From Parasitella parasitica NRRL 2501 (taxonomy: Eukaryota; Fungi; Mucoromycota), in NCBI GenBank assembly GCA_025201805.1, contig MU619262.1, positions 3,978 to 67,977 on the forward strand: a stretch of DNA of 64,000 nucleotides, in the 5' to 3' direction. The position numbers and the translations under genes were made by a program. Numbering within the stretch: position 1 is the first letter of the stretch; each line of letters opens with the position of its first letter. Shown here in pieces: positions 49,347-62,068 of the stretch. The notes below the pieces were generated by a model. The model saw nothing but the letters and a program-made list of their open reading frames with translations, searched no databases and was not told where the DNA came from.

Positions 49347-51972
49347 TTATTTTGCGTATCGAAGGCTATTTGTGGCCGGTGATGATGCCTCATTCACTAG
49401 TAGTTGAGTTACTTGGAGTTCAGCTCTTGTTATGTTCAGTTCAGCTTCTAAGTGAGCTATTTCATCAGGAAGACCTTTTGTCTCTTCCATCGCGGATTTA
49501 AGCTGCTTAAGTTGGTTGTCCTTATCAGCTGTCAATGTATCAAACTCTTGCCGTAGTCTTGAAATAACTCTCCAAGGATCATCGTTTTCATCTTCTAAAG
49601 CCGGATGAGAAATAACCGATTGAGAAGAGAGAATAAGTCGAGACGTACTGTATAACCTATTTTGTGAGTCAGTAATGATGTATAAACTGATTTGATGGCC
49701 ATTCTACTTTTGCTCGAGAGCAGACTTAATGCTTGAAAGATCTGTGGATGATTCTGTCTGATCTCTATCCAATTTTTCCAGTTTTAACGCAATAAGCGAA
49801 ACTTTATTCAAATATTTAATCAACAGAGACCGGTCATCAGAAATCTGTGGACATAAGCCTTGGTTAAAATATCATACCATTAAAAATCATTATACTACTC
49901 ATACAAACCTCGCATATTTTGGGATCCACTGGGATACGCTTGATACGAGAAGCAAAGCTTAGTATATCTAGAGTAGGTATTTCATCCTGAACTGCAGATT
50001 CCATATCGATCGTGCATACTGAGACGACTTGGTGGTGCCCCATAAATGTCGGTTGCAATAATCTTGTTAATTTGGAATCATGATACGGCGGCAAAGGATG
50101 TCTTGCACTGCAAATGTATATCAGAAAGTAGTTAAACTTTAAAGAAACATACTACCTTTTCCCAGCTTCTGATAGATTATATACAACGGCCTCGAATGCT
50201 AAACAGCTTTTGTTGATAGGACTCTTGAGTGTTTGGAATATAGATTTGTCGTTACTTGCCATATCGATTAGATACTAACAATAATGACTTAGTAGCCAAG
50301 TATTTATCCTATAATATAAGCTCTTACTAAATAGGATACGTGGACGCTATCGTGCGTTTTCTTTTGAGGCACTTTTGTTCTACGAGAACTACTTGTGCTG
50401 CTACTTATGCTGCTTACGAGACTGATATTGCTAGCTAAATTTGGTTTCTTTGATGCTGCCTGTTTTTCTCTTTTCTCGACTGTCTATTTAAAGTGAATTA
50501 CTTCATTTGATGACCAAAATATATATATAATATATAAAAGAAACTTACTAGTTGGATAAAGGTGTGTGCCCTGCTATGATGAATGTCGTAATTGTTTGTA
50601 AGCATATATCGATTTGCTATGATAATGTTATTCTTGCTGTATTTACAAATTTCTGCAGTATATCGTACCCTCTGCTCTTTTTATAAGCTGCAAGGCTTCC
50701 CTGGGCGAAGTAATGATTTGCTCTTGTAGAGACATGACATGTGCTCCACGCTACAATAGCTCAAAATGGGTGTTGTCATACATAATCGACTTGAATGGTT
50801 ACTTACTCGCTTATTCTCATCTGAAATCTTCAATGCTTCTCCATGCTCTGAAAACAAATCTCTGAGAACTTCATTTGCAATCTCAAAGCAAGCCAGACTC
50901 AACATGTATTCATGATTATCATCCTGCGAGGTGTCAGATCTTTTCTGAAAGGTTACATTATAAAAGGGGTGGCTTACGTTTTTTATCGTTTGGAATACAG
51001 TTTCAAACGTCAATGGTACTATTCCTAAATCCTTGTTATTGCCTAGAAGTTGTTTATTAGTGCCCTTTTCTTTTCTTTTGCAGTACCTGATATTAAAGTG
51101 CTTACCGAACTATTATACAAATAAAATGCAGGTATCAAACAGAATTCAGACACTGGGAAAAATTGAGAGGGGTGTTTGTAGTTTACCATTGTCTATAATT
51201 TTCATTTTATTGTTTTATAATGAACAGTTACTATCAACTCCAACCCAATCGTGCGATTTATATACTTGTTACAATGAAAATAACTTACATAAGACTTTCC
51301 TGTTCCAGGTTGGCCATAAGTGAAGACTGTGCCTGTTTGATCTGGTTACTATTTTCTTTTTCATAGACAAAAGTAAGTGGTTTATACCATTAAGGCCCAA
51401 CATGACATCCTGTATAGTTGATTTTACACTTGTATCAAACAAATGTTTGTTTGTAGATGATTTCCTGAATATATGGTCTTGATTGCATGTATATTAGTGC
51501 GATATGGAAGCACGTATCCAGCATAAACTCTACCAAACTCGAATTTCTTCCTTGACTTGGGCCCTAAATAGCGCAATACGTTGTCTTCCTCCAGTTGCCA
51601 ATCGCAACTGTCCTTTTCAACCGATAACTTTATGACACTTTTCATTCTTTTCTTCTTTTTGGCCACGGATGTAGAGGTGGAGCTGAATATGCTTGTGAGC
51701 CAATTATTACCTGTAGACGCATTAGACGACGATGCTGAAATGCTTCGTCTATGTACTCGAGGTGTTGTTGTTGCTCTCTGTCTAATATTACTTTTGGATG
51801 ATTTTACCGTTAGAGGAGTAGTGATAGCAGCCTTTTGCCGACAACTTGTGTTAGTGTTAGTTGATGTTGAACTAGCTAATGCTTTCCGTGGTAATGTCGT
51901 CGACGCCGATTTAACAGGTATCCTACTTGTTGTAAGACTATCGATGCTAAGATACTTTGATGATTGCGACAT
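49347..51972 (-). CDS. Kinesin motor protein, kinesin-7 (Kip2/KipA/CENP-E)-like, with degenerate switch I/II; multi-exon incl. micro-exons
   Basis: NGTVFTYGQPGTGKSY-TM-FG, FEIANEVLRDL, HSRAHTFIQL, LIDMASND, INKSCLAF, PYHDSKLTRLLQP, TLDILSFASRIKRI, short coiled coil; subfamily call from memory. Confidence 0.85.
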
Positions 51973-52172
51973 GGTTAAGACGTGAATAAAAGAACAGGAA
52001 AACGCAAGGAGAAAAGCTAAATGGAGTTTTAATGTAACAGCAACAATTTAAGAGATATACAATGGGCTTCATTGTTGCCAAAGCTCATGAGTATATAAAG
52101 AGTATCCAATGCTACAATACAAACAAGACCTACGTCTCCTTTTTTTTTTTTCTCTCTATATACTATTAAAAG

Positions 52173-52922
52173 ATGAATATGGTTTTTCATGTATCAACAT
52201 GGGCGGTGGTTTCTATTGTTATTGAAATGGCAGCCAAATGGATGACCCCTTCGTCCCCTTCTTCGACCAATGAAGACACTGACATCTTGCTGTCAAATAC
52301 CATTCAAACTACCAAATGGAAATATTCAAACACCCCAAATGCTTTGTTGTTTGATTTCTCTGACTTGAACCTGAAAAAAGACCAATTTCTCCCCATGATA
52401 CAATCCTCTCTACCCTCAAATGTTACTGCTTCGATCCGACCCGTTGGTGAACTTTTGGCTGAAATTGCTATACAAGAGCCAGAAGAGCCTAACTCACTAC
52501 ATAAGCAGGTTCACTCTATTCTGAAAAACAAGGGATTACATCTTAGGGACAGAAATATATGGCTGAAGCCCACAGCAACGCTTTCTACAGATCCAAATCT
52601 AGTCTTTTGGCAGATGCGACTCTCAGAATACCCTAAATCTATGGAGAATGACTCCTACAAGCAAAGAATTGCAGACGCCATCAGTAAATCATTCCAAAAA
52701 CGAGATAAAAGCAAGCTTAACAATAGTATTTTGGTAATTAGTGGTGATAATGTGTTTTTCAGCAACACGACTGCAAATCAGGACTCCAAGCAGGGTAATG
52801 TTACTATCCTAGCAGAAGAATATACCATCACTCCTCCGCCTTTTATTAATCCTATACGAAAACTTATTTACATGCCATTCTTAAAAAGACATCTCCCTAT
52901 AGACATATCTCAAGTTGAATAA
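52173..52922 (+). CDS. Hypothetical protein (249 aa), weak resemblance to ORF1/gag-like N-termini of fungal non-LTR elements
   Basis: Intronless 750-nt ORF downstream of TATATAA (~52092); family resemblance is impressionistic only. Confidence 0.5.
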   Translation: MNMVFHVSTWAVVSIVIEMAAKWMTPSSPSSTNEDTDILLSNTIQTTKWKYSNTPNALLFDFSDLNLKKDQFLPMIQSSLPSNVTASIRPVGELLAEIAIQEPEEPNSLHKQVHSILKNKGLHLRDRNIWLKPTATLSTDPNLVFWQMRLSEYPKSMENDSYKQRIADAISKSFQKRDKSKLNNSILVISGDNVFFSNTTANQDSKQGNVTILAEEYTITPPPFINPIRKLIYMPFLKRHLPIDISQVE

Positions 52923-54042
52923 ATAGATTTCGTATTATTTTTACTTTTATTCTAAAATCAGAACTCTAATGCCAAACATGTGGAACTACGCTTCATTATT
53001 TACATCATTTGCACAGAATCAAACAGCTGCTAGATCAATTACCAAGAGCTTGAAACTACCGTTATCTACTTCAATGATGCTAATCCTTCTGCTACTGCTG
53101 TTAAAGTTAGAGCGATCCAATCATTTCAAGTTTCACACAGACCGTTCAACCTTTTGTTGAAAAAAGCTGATGCCTATGAAGAACCTACCTCCAGGGCTAA
53201 GAGCGAGGAAGACTGTATCAGGAGTTTCTTACTATGATCTTATACACCAAGAATTATGCAATGTGATTAGAATCACAAATTACTAGCCACAAGGTATGTT
53301 CATGAGGGGCATTTACTTGTTTATACCCAACACAAGTGACGTAAATACAATTGAACGATGAGAAATATCCTAACCTTCAACTTTCTCTATGCTTGAATAT
53401 CGCCACAAATGCATAAAATTTTTTTACATAGAGGCTTGTGAAATGCCTGCAAGTCCATGTATGTGTGCACGTGTATCAAATGTATTTTTATAACCATATG
53501 CATCGAAAAAAAAAACAAAATAAAAAGACTCATTACCAGGCTGTTGATGTAAATCTATTGGATGGGGGACATTTTTTTTTAAAGGTTTTTATTACTTGTT
53601 CCGCGTAAATTACAGAGTTTTGAGTGTAATCAAGCGGCGGGCGCAATCATCAATTATATTAGAATAGAAGGATAAGATATAAAGAATAAAGTATAAAATG
53701 GATAAAGCATAATATATGGGGACATTTGGATTGAATCGAGGCTCCAATTCAACATATTCTTGTACAGGGATCGACAACTATTTAAACAGCCGTCTTTTTG
53801 AACACAAACGTTTGTTTTGCATCCGGATTCGATGCTAATTAGCAAACTGGCTACGCCAAGTTTTGTTGTCAAAGTCGATTTTTTAAAAAAAAGGGAGGGA
53901 ATGAATTTTTTAAAGTTATAGGGATTGATTCCGATTAACCCACCATCATTTGCAGATTGAAACAAAAATATAATAAGAAAATACGCGCTTAATGGTGAAA
54001 AGTTTTATTTAATTCGAAAAAGAGATCAACTCGATTTTTTTT

Positions 54043-54633
54043 TCAGAAATCCAAAACAATATTGTGGTTATCATTAACATGATGGCGATCAGGCATAAAG
54101 ATTTCATCTGTCATTGGTGGTTGACGAAGAGGTAATTTCGACATAATATCCAAGGGGCGACGTTGAGATTGTTGTTGAGATGGCTGTTGAGATTGTCGTT
54201 GATTCTCATCGAGTTCATCTTCTTCAGATAATTCTTGATCATCGGATAGATCGGTATCGTTTACAAGCCCTATGCCAGATAGGCTGCATCGTTGTTGCTG
54301 TCTTAGTGTATAGGTCAGCAATTGGATATGTTGCAAAGCGTTTTCCAGTTCCTGCCTGGTTTCATCTAATGCCATCTCCCTTTGATTGGTCATTCCTTTA
54401 AGAGCATTGATGGTGTATCTTGCAAACGACAATTCCTTGCTTAAATGCGAGTTTTGTTGTTGAAGATATGCATTATCGATTTCAAGTTGCGAGCAACTCC
54501 TAGTTTTTTCAAAACCTACCATGTCGTGAGTAAGAAGAAAGCATAGAATCCTAATAATCTACTTACCATTCATGTTTAGCTTGTCAGATCCGTTGTTAAG
54601 ATGAACATTGATTTGTTGATTTCTTGTTGCCAT
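54043..54633 (-). CDS. Hypothetical coiled-coil protein; 2 exons
   Basis: ATG at 54633, GT-AG intron, heptad-like LEIDNAYLQQQNSHLSKELSFARYTINALK...LDETRQELENALQHIQLL. Confidence 0.75.
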
Positions 54634-57554
54634 GGTAACGAAATGTTATAAAAAGTATACAAAATTCTATTTCGACAGAACCAGCTGAAAATAATATATG
54701 AACACAAAGGAATTAAAATATGATAGGGATATGAAGGTATAGAATTAAAATCAATCTTTTCTTTGTTATCAAAACAATGAAAACTTAATAATAATAATAG
54801 TAATAGCCTTAAAAAAAAAGAATTATATGAACAAAATGAAAAACAAAACGGAAAAAGCAGAATAGAAAATGGACAAAGCTGTGGAAGGTTTTATATCGTT
54901 TAGAGATGTCACGTGTAATGTCTCAGAAATTTTTGGGGGTATGACAGATGAGGAGAAGAAGAGTCCATGCACTCGGCACAAATATTACAGTGAAGAGCGA
55001 GGGGAGTTAAAGTTTGAGGTACCCGCGTCCTTCTGCTGTAATAGAATTGGTATATAGAGGGAGAATCAAAAGGGGAGATTGAGGAGTTTACTCGACTTGA
55101 CATTTTTAAATTATCACAGAGTGAACTTGCCGTGGACCACACACACACCCCTTTACCATTTTTTGAATATTAGCAAAACATACTACATGTGCTTACAAGT
55201 TATAAATGGTTTTTCATAGACTGTTAACGATTTGATTATACATATTTTCATTTATGTAGAATCAAATAGAACGCCAAAAATCGGAGAGCCTCGATCGAAT
55301 AGTTTGCTTTTATCTAAATGAATTGATGGTGATTAATAGTAAAAGATAAAGTAACATAACTTCTTTTTGTTCACCATGATTCCATGTTGATGATACAGAT
55401 GCTTAGATGCTCATTTGGCGTTGCATAGAAAATAGATAACTTACAATACGGATGTGATATGTTCGTTATGAAACATGGATTGCCCTCTCGATTACTCCGT
55501 GTTCTTCTGTGCATCCAAATCTTACTGTATACATTGCATAGATGCACTTCAACCTCTTCAGTTTGTGTCCGGGATATAAGTATATGTTTAAAAAAAATGA
55601 AAAAATTCACAATGAATTGCGAAATGGATACCAATGTTTTTGTATGATAACAATAACAATAACAATAAGAGCAATCATTTCACGGTTTACTTTGCATGCA
55701 ATTTTTCTCACTCTAGACCTCGTGTTTGAGAGCAGCTATAAAAGGAAGATTTTATTCATGTCGCAAAAAGTGAAATACACACAACAGTAGAAAGTAATGC
55801 AATGATCGAATGGGAAATAGTTAACAAATGCCCACCTATTACTTTGACATTAACTGGTAATAGTATAATATTATAATGAGCAGCCTTTAAATAGAAACAA
55901 ATAGGACTCGCATGGGCGCCAAACACACTACAAATGATATCTCGAATGCCAGTTGAATTGATTTCAAAACGTTTTGTAATTATTATCTTGAGTAGCTAAT
56001 GAAACACAACTTGACTTTGATAGAAGGCCCCAAATCTTCTCTTGAACAGAGACTGCTTAGATTATACTGTAGCGAAATAGACTTGCGACTTGATAACTTG
56101 AGTCATTTTTAGCTTGGGATCTTAAATCGCACTTATTTCTGTATGCAAATCTGAGATTAGAAAAGTACAGACATTTTGCACAAGTAAGGAGAAAGATCGC
56201 CAAACTTTATATGGCTTGCCGATGGATGTATTAAACCGATCATAAGGATGACTGACAGCTCAAAAGTCTTGTTCCTATACAAAAATGGAAATCAAACAGA
56301 TTCAAGAGTATTTAGCGAACGTCTAAAAAGTAGTAATCATAACCTATCTATTCACTTTGCTTTACTGGCGCAAAGGTCCTAAAACAATAAGCTGATTGAA
56401 GAGGTATTGTAATTATGCTGATCTGTGGGCTATATACTGTGAGTTAAACAGGTTGACGACTTTTTTGCGATCTATGAATAGAAATTTTATGTGCATTATT
56501 CATGATAAATCTATGTTTAGGCGATTCAATTAGACAGTACAGGGTTATGACACACATTGATGAACTAGTAGATTCGGTTAGAACATTTGCACATATAAAG
56601 TCTTTTAATAACCATTCAGAAGCCATCCAGTAGCAGGCCCTGAGAACTATTAGATAGATTATTCCTTGCGAGTGTGTAGGTGTTGTTTGTTTTGGACTTG
56701 CAATTCGTTTGGATAGATATTCATTTGATAAAGTGCTGTATTTGATACCAAGATTTGTAATAGCGTTTTGCTATTGTGTGCATCCATTACTTAATGTACG
56801 GGATGGATATTGAATCGACGAGTATTTGTAATACTGGCGATTTTTTTAAAAGCAAATGCCTCTCAGGTGAGGGATTTTCTATATTACATTGGCTAAATTT
56901 ACATGTGAGCGGGGTAATCTTGATTTTTTAGATATGAAATGCACAGCGTCAATACAGCGTGATGGTGTATAAAAAAAAAAAACTTGGCACTGCCCATACA
57001 AAAATAGATTTTTTTTTAGATCAACTGCATATGGGTGATCTTTTTATTTTATCGTTGTTCATCAAAAGAATGATGGCAGTTATTAAAAGTACACAAGTGT
57101 TCTACCAATTTTTAGCATGTCGTCTATATCGATTCCGATTGTTTAGTGCCACCACATCTTTTATTGCGGCCATTGGTGCTTGGCTGAAAACGGTTTACGG
57201 TATTTCTGGTCGTGCCAGGCGATTGATTGTGTTTCATCAGATAGAAAGTCTTCTGGTTATTGACAACGACTACCTTGGAAAATGTAACAGAGTTATTAGA
57301 GTTTGTGTTACAGTTTTGCGTAAGAGATGATCTGGTAGGTTTAGGAGAAGGTATAATGTCCAAAATAATGAGTCTATTCGCAGGCATTTTAGTCATACTG
57401 CAAGAAAAAGTAGTAAAGAGAGAGGAAGAAATATGTGTTTTTGTAAAAATCCAAGAAACACCAAGATTTATGTCTGACAATGACGACAGGAGGCAATATC
57501 AGTGCCATAATATCACAAGGTAAATGTAAATAAAATGTTTATTGCATTATTCAG

Positions 57555-58329
57555 CTAATTCTTTGAAAGGTCAGGACGAGACCGAACAACCATGACAGTA
57601 CAATCAAGGTGATGCACAAGGTATTCTGATGTCGAACCGATTAGTTTTCTACATGTTTAAAAAAAGAGTTAGTCGACAGCAGTGAAATCAACCAGCCCAA
57701 GTACAAACCTTTTCAGAAATCCAAAACCACGGCTACCACAGATGACTAAATCGGCTTGTTTTTCCTTTGCAAACTTTGTGATTTCACTCGAAGCCACGCC
57801 TCGAAGGATTTCAGCCTTGACATGTTTCTAGTTTTTTTTTTTTTTTTTTTTNNNNNNNNNNTTTTCAAAATTTGACAAATCTATTCTCAAGAAATCACTC
57901 ATTGTTGGGTAAGATTATTAAGGAAGAGAGAGGGGAAAAGAAAAAAGAAAAAGAGATGTCTCAGCTATGGGTCATCTTGAAACTCTTGGTAAATGTCAAT
58001 CAACTTACCAAACCCAAGGCACGCATAGCGTAAACAGCTTCAGCCAATCTTTCCCGGCCTTGCGACTCCAAAGAAGCTATAGTGTGTCTATAATCAGCTG
58101 CACAATCAATACCACCAATAGCAATTGTTTGCCAACCGCCAGGGCCTTCGATTTTAGCAACATCTTCGTTAATGCAAGTAGCAATGTAGATTTCATCTGT
58201 GGGAAGCAGAACACCATGGCCATTGACCCACTCTAGAGTTTGACGGCTGGCCTCAGACTCGTCGTAACAGATGACTATCTTTCTCGGAGTAGTAGAGTCA
58301 GGTAAAGGGACGTTCACAGTATTAGACAT
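57555..58329 (-). CDS. Universal stress protein (USP domain); 3 exons, first intron spans the 10-N gap
   Basis: RKIVICYDESEAS...; exons hidden from the ORF track read KHVKAEILRG...ADLVICGSRGFGFLKR-KLIGSTSEYLVHHLDCTVMVVR...KN*. Confidence 0.9.
57852..57861. other. Assembly gap (10 N) in a poly-T intronic tract
   Basis: Run of N. Confidence 1.
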
Positions 58330-58672
58330 TGCTTTTATGTAGTATAGCAGGGATGTGCTTACGTTGATGGCCGTTTCAAAGGCTGTATTTATAGCTGTTT
58401 TGTCTGTTTCAGTGTGATAGTTGCATGAAAGTCGTTGAAACCGGAAAACAGCGAGTTCGAACTTGGGGAGCATCTTGTAAATTTAGGTTCCCGTTTGTCT
58501 GCTGTAAATCAACTCATGTTGCTCCTGAGAATAATAATACAATACTCCCTATGAATTTATTGTTTATTGCAACCACACAAAGTAGTGCCGTCCTCCTTAA
58601 TATTTGTGTGCGTTTTCTTGCAAAATAAAAAGGCCCTTTTTCTTCTCTCTTTGTCCAACTTTTTTTTTTTAT

Positions 58673-61000
58673 ATGCAAGAGTATCCAAAGAAAAAAGGCA
58701 ATCTCCACTAATTTTGTTGAAAAGAATATAGTGTTCTGATACAAAGTTATAAATAATATAGAAATCACTCGACAACGCTCAATCAAAAGCTTCAAATCAA
58801 CCAACTCTCTTTCGCGAAGCCTGTCTCTCGCATCAAAATCTCACGTAACAAAGCTATACAACACAACACCCCAGCACTTGTCCGCAATGCCAGCAGTACC
58901 TACTATAAACACCGCAGATTCCTCTCCAAGACACGAAGAGAATAACAGGCTCAAAGGCGTCCTGAACAAGTTTGTTGGTAAGTAGACTAGATTTACACAT
59001 GAACGCCAGAATTCCATCTAACGTATATGATAGACTTGATGTCTACAAATGCGGATATCCAACAGAACGGCGGCATGGTCATCTCAGGTCCAATGGATAT
59101 TTCTTCTCCTTACAATACAAGACATGTTACTCATGTTGGTTTTGACGCTGATACTGGCGAGTTCACTGGTCTTCCAAGAGAATGGCATACACTCTTGAAA
59201 GCAAGCGGTATAACTCAGATTGAACAGGAGCAAAATCCACAGGTAAGTTTTAAGGAGCTTTTTGGTTTTATTTTTTATTATCTTGTTTTCTCATCCCTCT
59301 TCGTCCTTCCCCTTAAAATGATGGATTTAGGCTGTCATTAACGCAATTGAATTCTATCAAGAGTCAAGAGATTTAGACGAGGCTGTGTGGCATAAAATTC
59401 CAAAGACGCATAGTCTCAGAAATAGCATTCGATCTGAATCGTTGGATGTCGTTGCTCCATGCCAACCCCAGAAATCAACGGGAAATGCTCTCACTAAATC
59501 TTTGCGTCGATTGTCCAAACTTGCCGGTTATTCCACCAGACGATCTTCCACTGTAAGTTTATATGATGCTGTGTTTATTTGTCATTTTATTAACATGGCG
59601 TAATCAGATCTCAAATCGCACCTCTATTCTGGGTAATGTTTATATTGTTTTAGTCAATGTCATGAGCTAATATTTATTATATGTGTGTATTAGTGGAGAA
59701 TCAAAAGAATAAAGCTGAATCCGCTGTTTCCCGTCCTCCAGATGAGATAACGATGCCAATACAAAAATCAGATATATCGTTACCGTTAACAATTCCGGTA
59801 GAAAAACCATCACCACCACCAGCGGTGAATCCTGCGCCTGCCAAAGAAGAAAAGCTAGTGGCTGCAAAAGAAGAAGAAGAAAACTATCCTCCTGTCATCA
59901 AACGCAAGCAGAAAGAACCGAGACAAGAGGAAATTGATGTCCTGAAACAATTAAAAGATATTTGCTATACCGTGGATCCAAATGACATTTACAAAGATAT
60001 GATCAAGATTGGACAAGGGTATTGTGTATAAAACAGTGATTTATGCACATGTTAACACCTTATCATGTAGTGCATCTGGTGGTGTGTTTATTGCCCATCG
60101 CTCTTTCACCAACGATAACGGCGAAAAAACCACAATGCCTGTTGCCATCAAGCAAATGAATTTAGAGCAGCAGCCCAAAAAAGAACTGATCATCAACGAA
60201 ATCCTCGTCATGAAAAAGTCTCAAAATCCAAACATTGTCAATTATCTCGATTCTTACTTGTGGAAAGGGGATTTATGGGTAGTGATGGAATATATGGAGG
60301 GCGGTAGTTTGACAGATGTCGTTACTTGCAACATGATGATGGAAGGCCAAATCGCTGCTGTTTGTAAAGAGGTCCTACAAGGTTTATATCATTTGCATAC
60401 AAATGGTGTCATTCATAGAGACATCAAGAGTGATAACATCCTATTGAGTCTTCAAGGTGAAATCAAATTAAGTAAGTACATGTAGTAAAAAGGGGTTGTC
60501 ATGATTAACCTGACCGTATTTCATTAGCTGATTTTGGGTTTTGTGCACAATTGAATGAAAACCAAGCTAAACGCACAACCATGGTGGGTACTCCTTATTG
60601 GGTAAGTCTTTGTACCGTTTTTTATCCAATTCCATACTTAACGGTGACATTATAGATGGCACCTGAGGTAGTAACGCGTAAAGAATACGGCTCAAAAGTG
60701 GATATCTGGTCTTTGGGCATCATGGCCATTGAAATGGTCGAGGGAGAACCGCCGTATTTGAATGAAAATCCATTAAGGGCATTATATTTAATAGCAACAA
60801 ACGGTACACCAACACTACAAAGTCCTGAGTCTCTTTCAGAGGTATTTAGAGACTTCCTGTCAAAATGTCTGGAAGTCGATCCTGAACTTCGCCCTTCAGC
60901 TGAAGAGATGTTGAACCATCCATTTTTGAAACTTGCAGACCCTCTTCGTTCGCTTTCTCCTCTAATTCGCGCCGCAAGAGAAAGTAATGCGAGTTCTTAA
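58673..61000 (+). CDS. STE20: PAK-family Ser/Thr kinase with CRIB domain, no PH domain seen (Ste20-like); multi-exon; start uncertain (alternative ATG at 58887)
   Basis: [20 protein letters not shown]...FTGLPREW; kinase [39 protein letters not shown]. Confidence 0.9.
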
Positions 61001-61273
61001 TTGTTGTTTGTAATCCTACCATTTTTTTTTCCTGTTATACCCTCAACCCTTTTAACTACTTATTCATTAATATCATTTAATCATAGCCCCACTAATATAA
61101 ATATAACATAAATTTGACATCTTAATACAGAGATGTTTTTGAGGTTTACAGTTGATTCCACGTCTTTATTTTATACGGGTGCATAAAAAGATCTGCCTTG
61201 GAAGTTGATCAGTGACGATCCAATCATCATATGTACTAGATATAGATACATGCAAAAAAAGAAACGTTTGTGG

Positions 61274-62068
61274 TCAAGTTTGCCATTTTTTAATAATAGA
61301 GGAATGGACTGAATATTCTCCAGCGTCAGGGAAAGCAAGCCTGTATTTTGTCGAGGATGATGACCTGGCATTGACTAGAGCATATCTCTTGAAGTTGTGC
61401 TTGAATTTTGTCACATAACGTAACATGTTAGCCTTTGGATGTTCGTTGAAATGCATGATATGGTGAGACACGATTACGTTTGGTATAGAAGGGTCGTAAG
61501 GGATCCAAGTGACATCAATTGCCCCTTTTCTTGACGTAGCAACTCTAAACACACCTTCCACGTGGATATCTATCGTTCTTAGATTATGATATTGGCTTAG
61601 TCTAGCCATTCGATTGCTCCGTCTACTTTGAGATTTGTATGTGTCGATCAATTCCGCACCCAAATTGTCTTGGTACTTGTCTTTATCGATAGCATTTTGT
61701 TTCTTTTCACATTCTGCAACATGGATAGGCCAGAGAGGCCGGATAGTTCTTTTTGTAGGCCACAGTCTATCGGCGTTCTTTACAGCTACTTGAGAATATA
61801 GTGAGTGTTGTTCGGATGTATAGATTTTTGCCCAAGCGCCTTCATCTTCCTGTACAATGCAGGGCTGATTGTTCAACTCTTTGCGTTGAATTAGTTCCCA
61901 ACCTCCTCCAGCTAAATCTTTGCTTTTCAGTGAACTTGCTGCCGGTAAATCTGGGAACTGTAGAGCATCATCCAGCCATTCGACATAAAATTCGACAGCT
62001 TCTTCTAGTAAACATCTATTTTCGGCAAAGCCAATGGGAAAATATTGTTCAAATTGGATATCAGCCAT
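61274..62068 (-). CDS. Hypothetical protein (~264 aa), intronless
   Basis: ATG at 62068 after an A-run (MADIQFEQYF...), long open frame; no recognised domain. Confidence 0.7.
   Translation of the reverse strand: MADIQFEQYFPIGFAENRCLLEEAVEFYVEWLDDALQFPDLPAASSLKSKDLAGGGWELIQRKELNNQPCIVQEDEGAWAKIYTSEQHSLYSQVAVKNADRLWPTKRTIRPLWPIHVAECEKKQNAIDKDKYQDNLGAELIDTYKSQSRRSNRMARLSQYHNLRTIDIHVEGVFRVATSRKGAIDVTWIPYDPSIPNVIVSHHIMHFNEHPKANMLRYVTKFKHNFKRYALVNARSSSSTKYRLAFPDAGEYSVHSSIIKKWQT

Noticed and set aside
53628-53648. GC-rich stretch resembling a tRNA 3' end
   Set aside because: No T-loop, D-arm or acceptor-stem partner; no tRNA, rRNA or snRNA was recognised in the window
55700-57520. Coding-like fragments in the long intergenic region
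   Set aside because: Short, interrupted and without recognisable motifs
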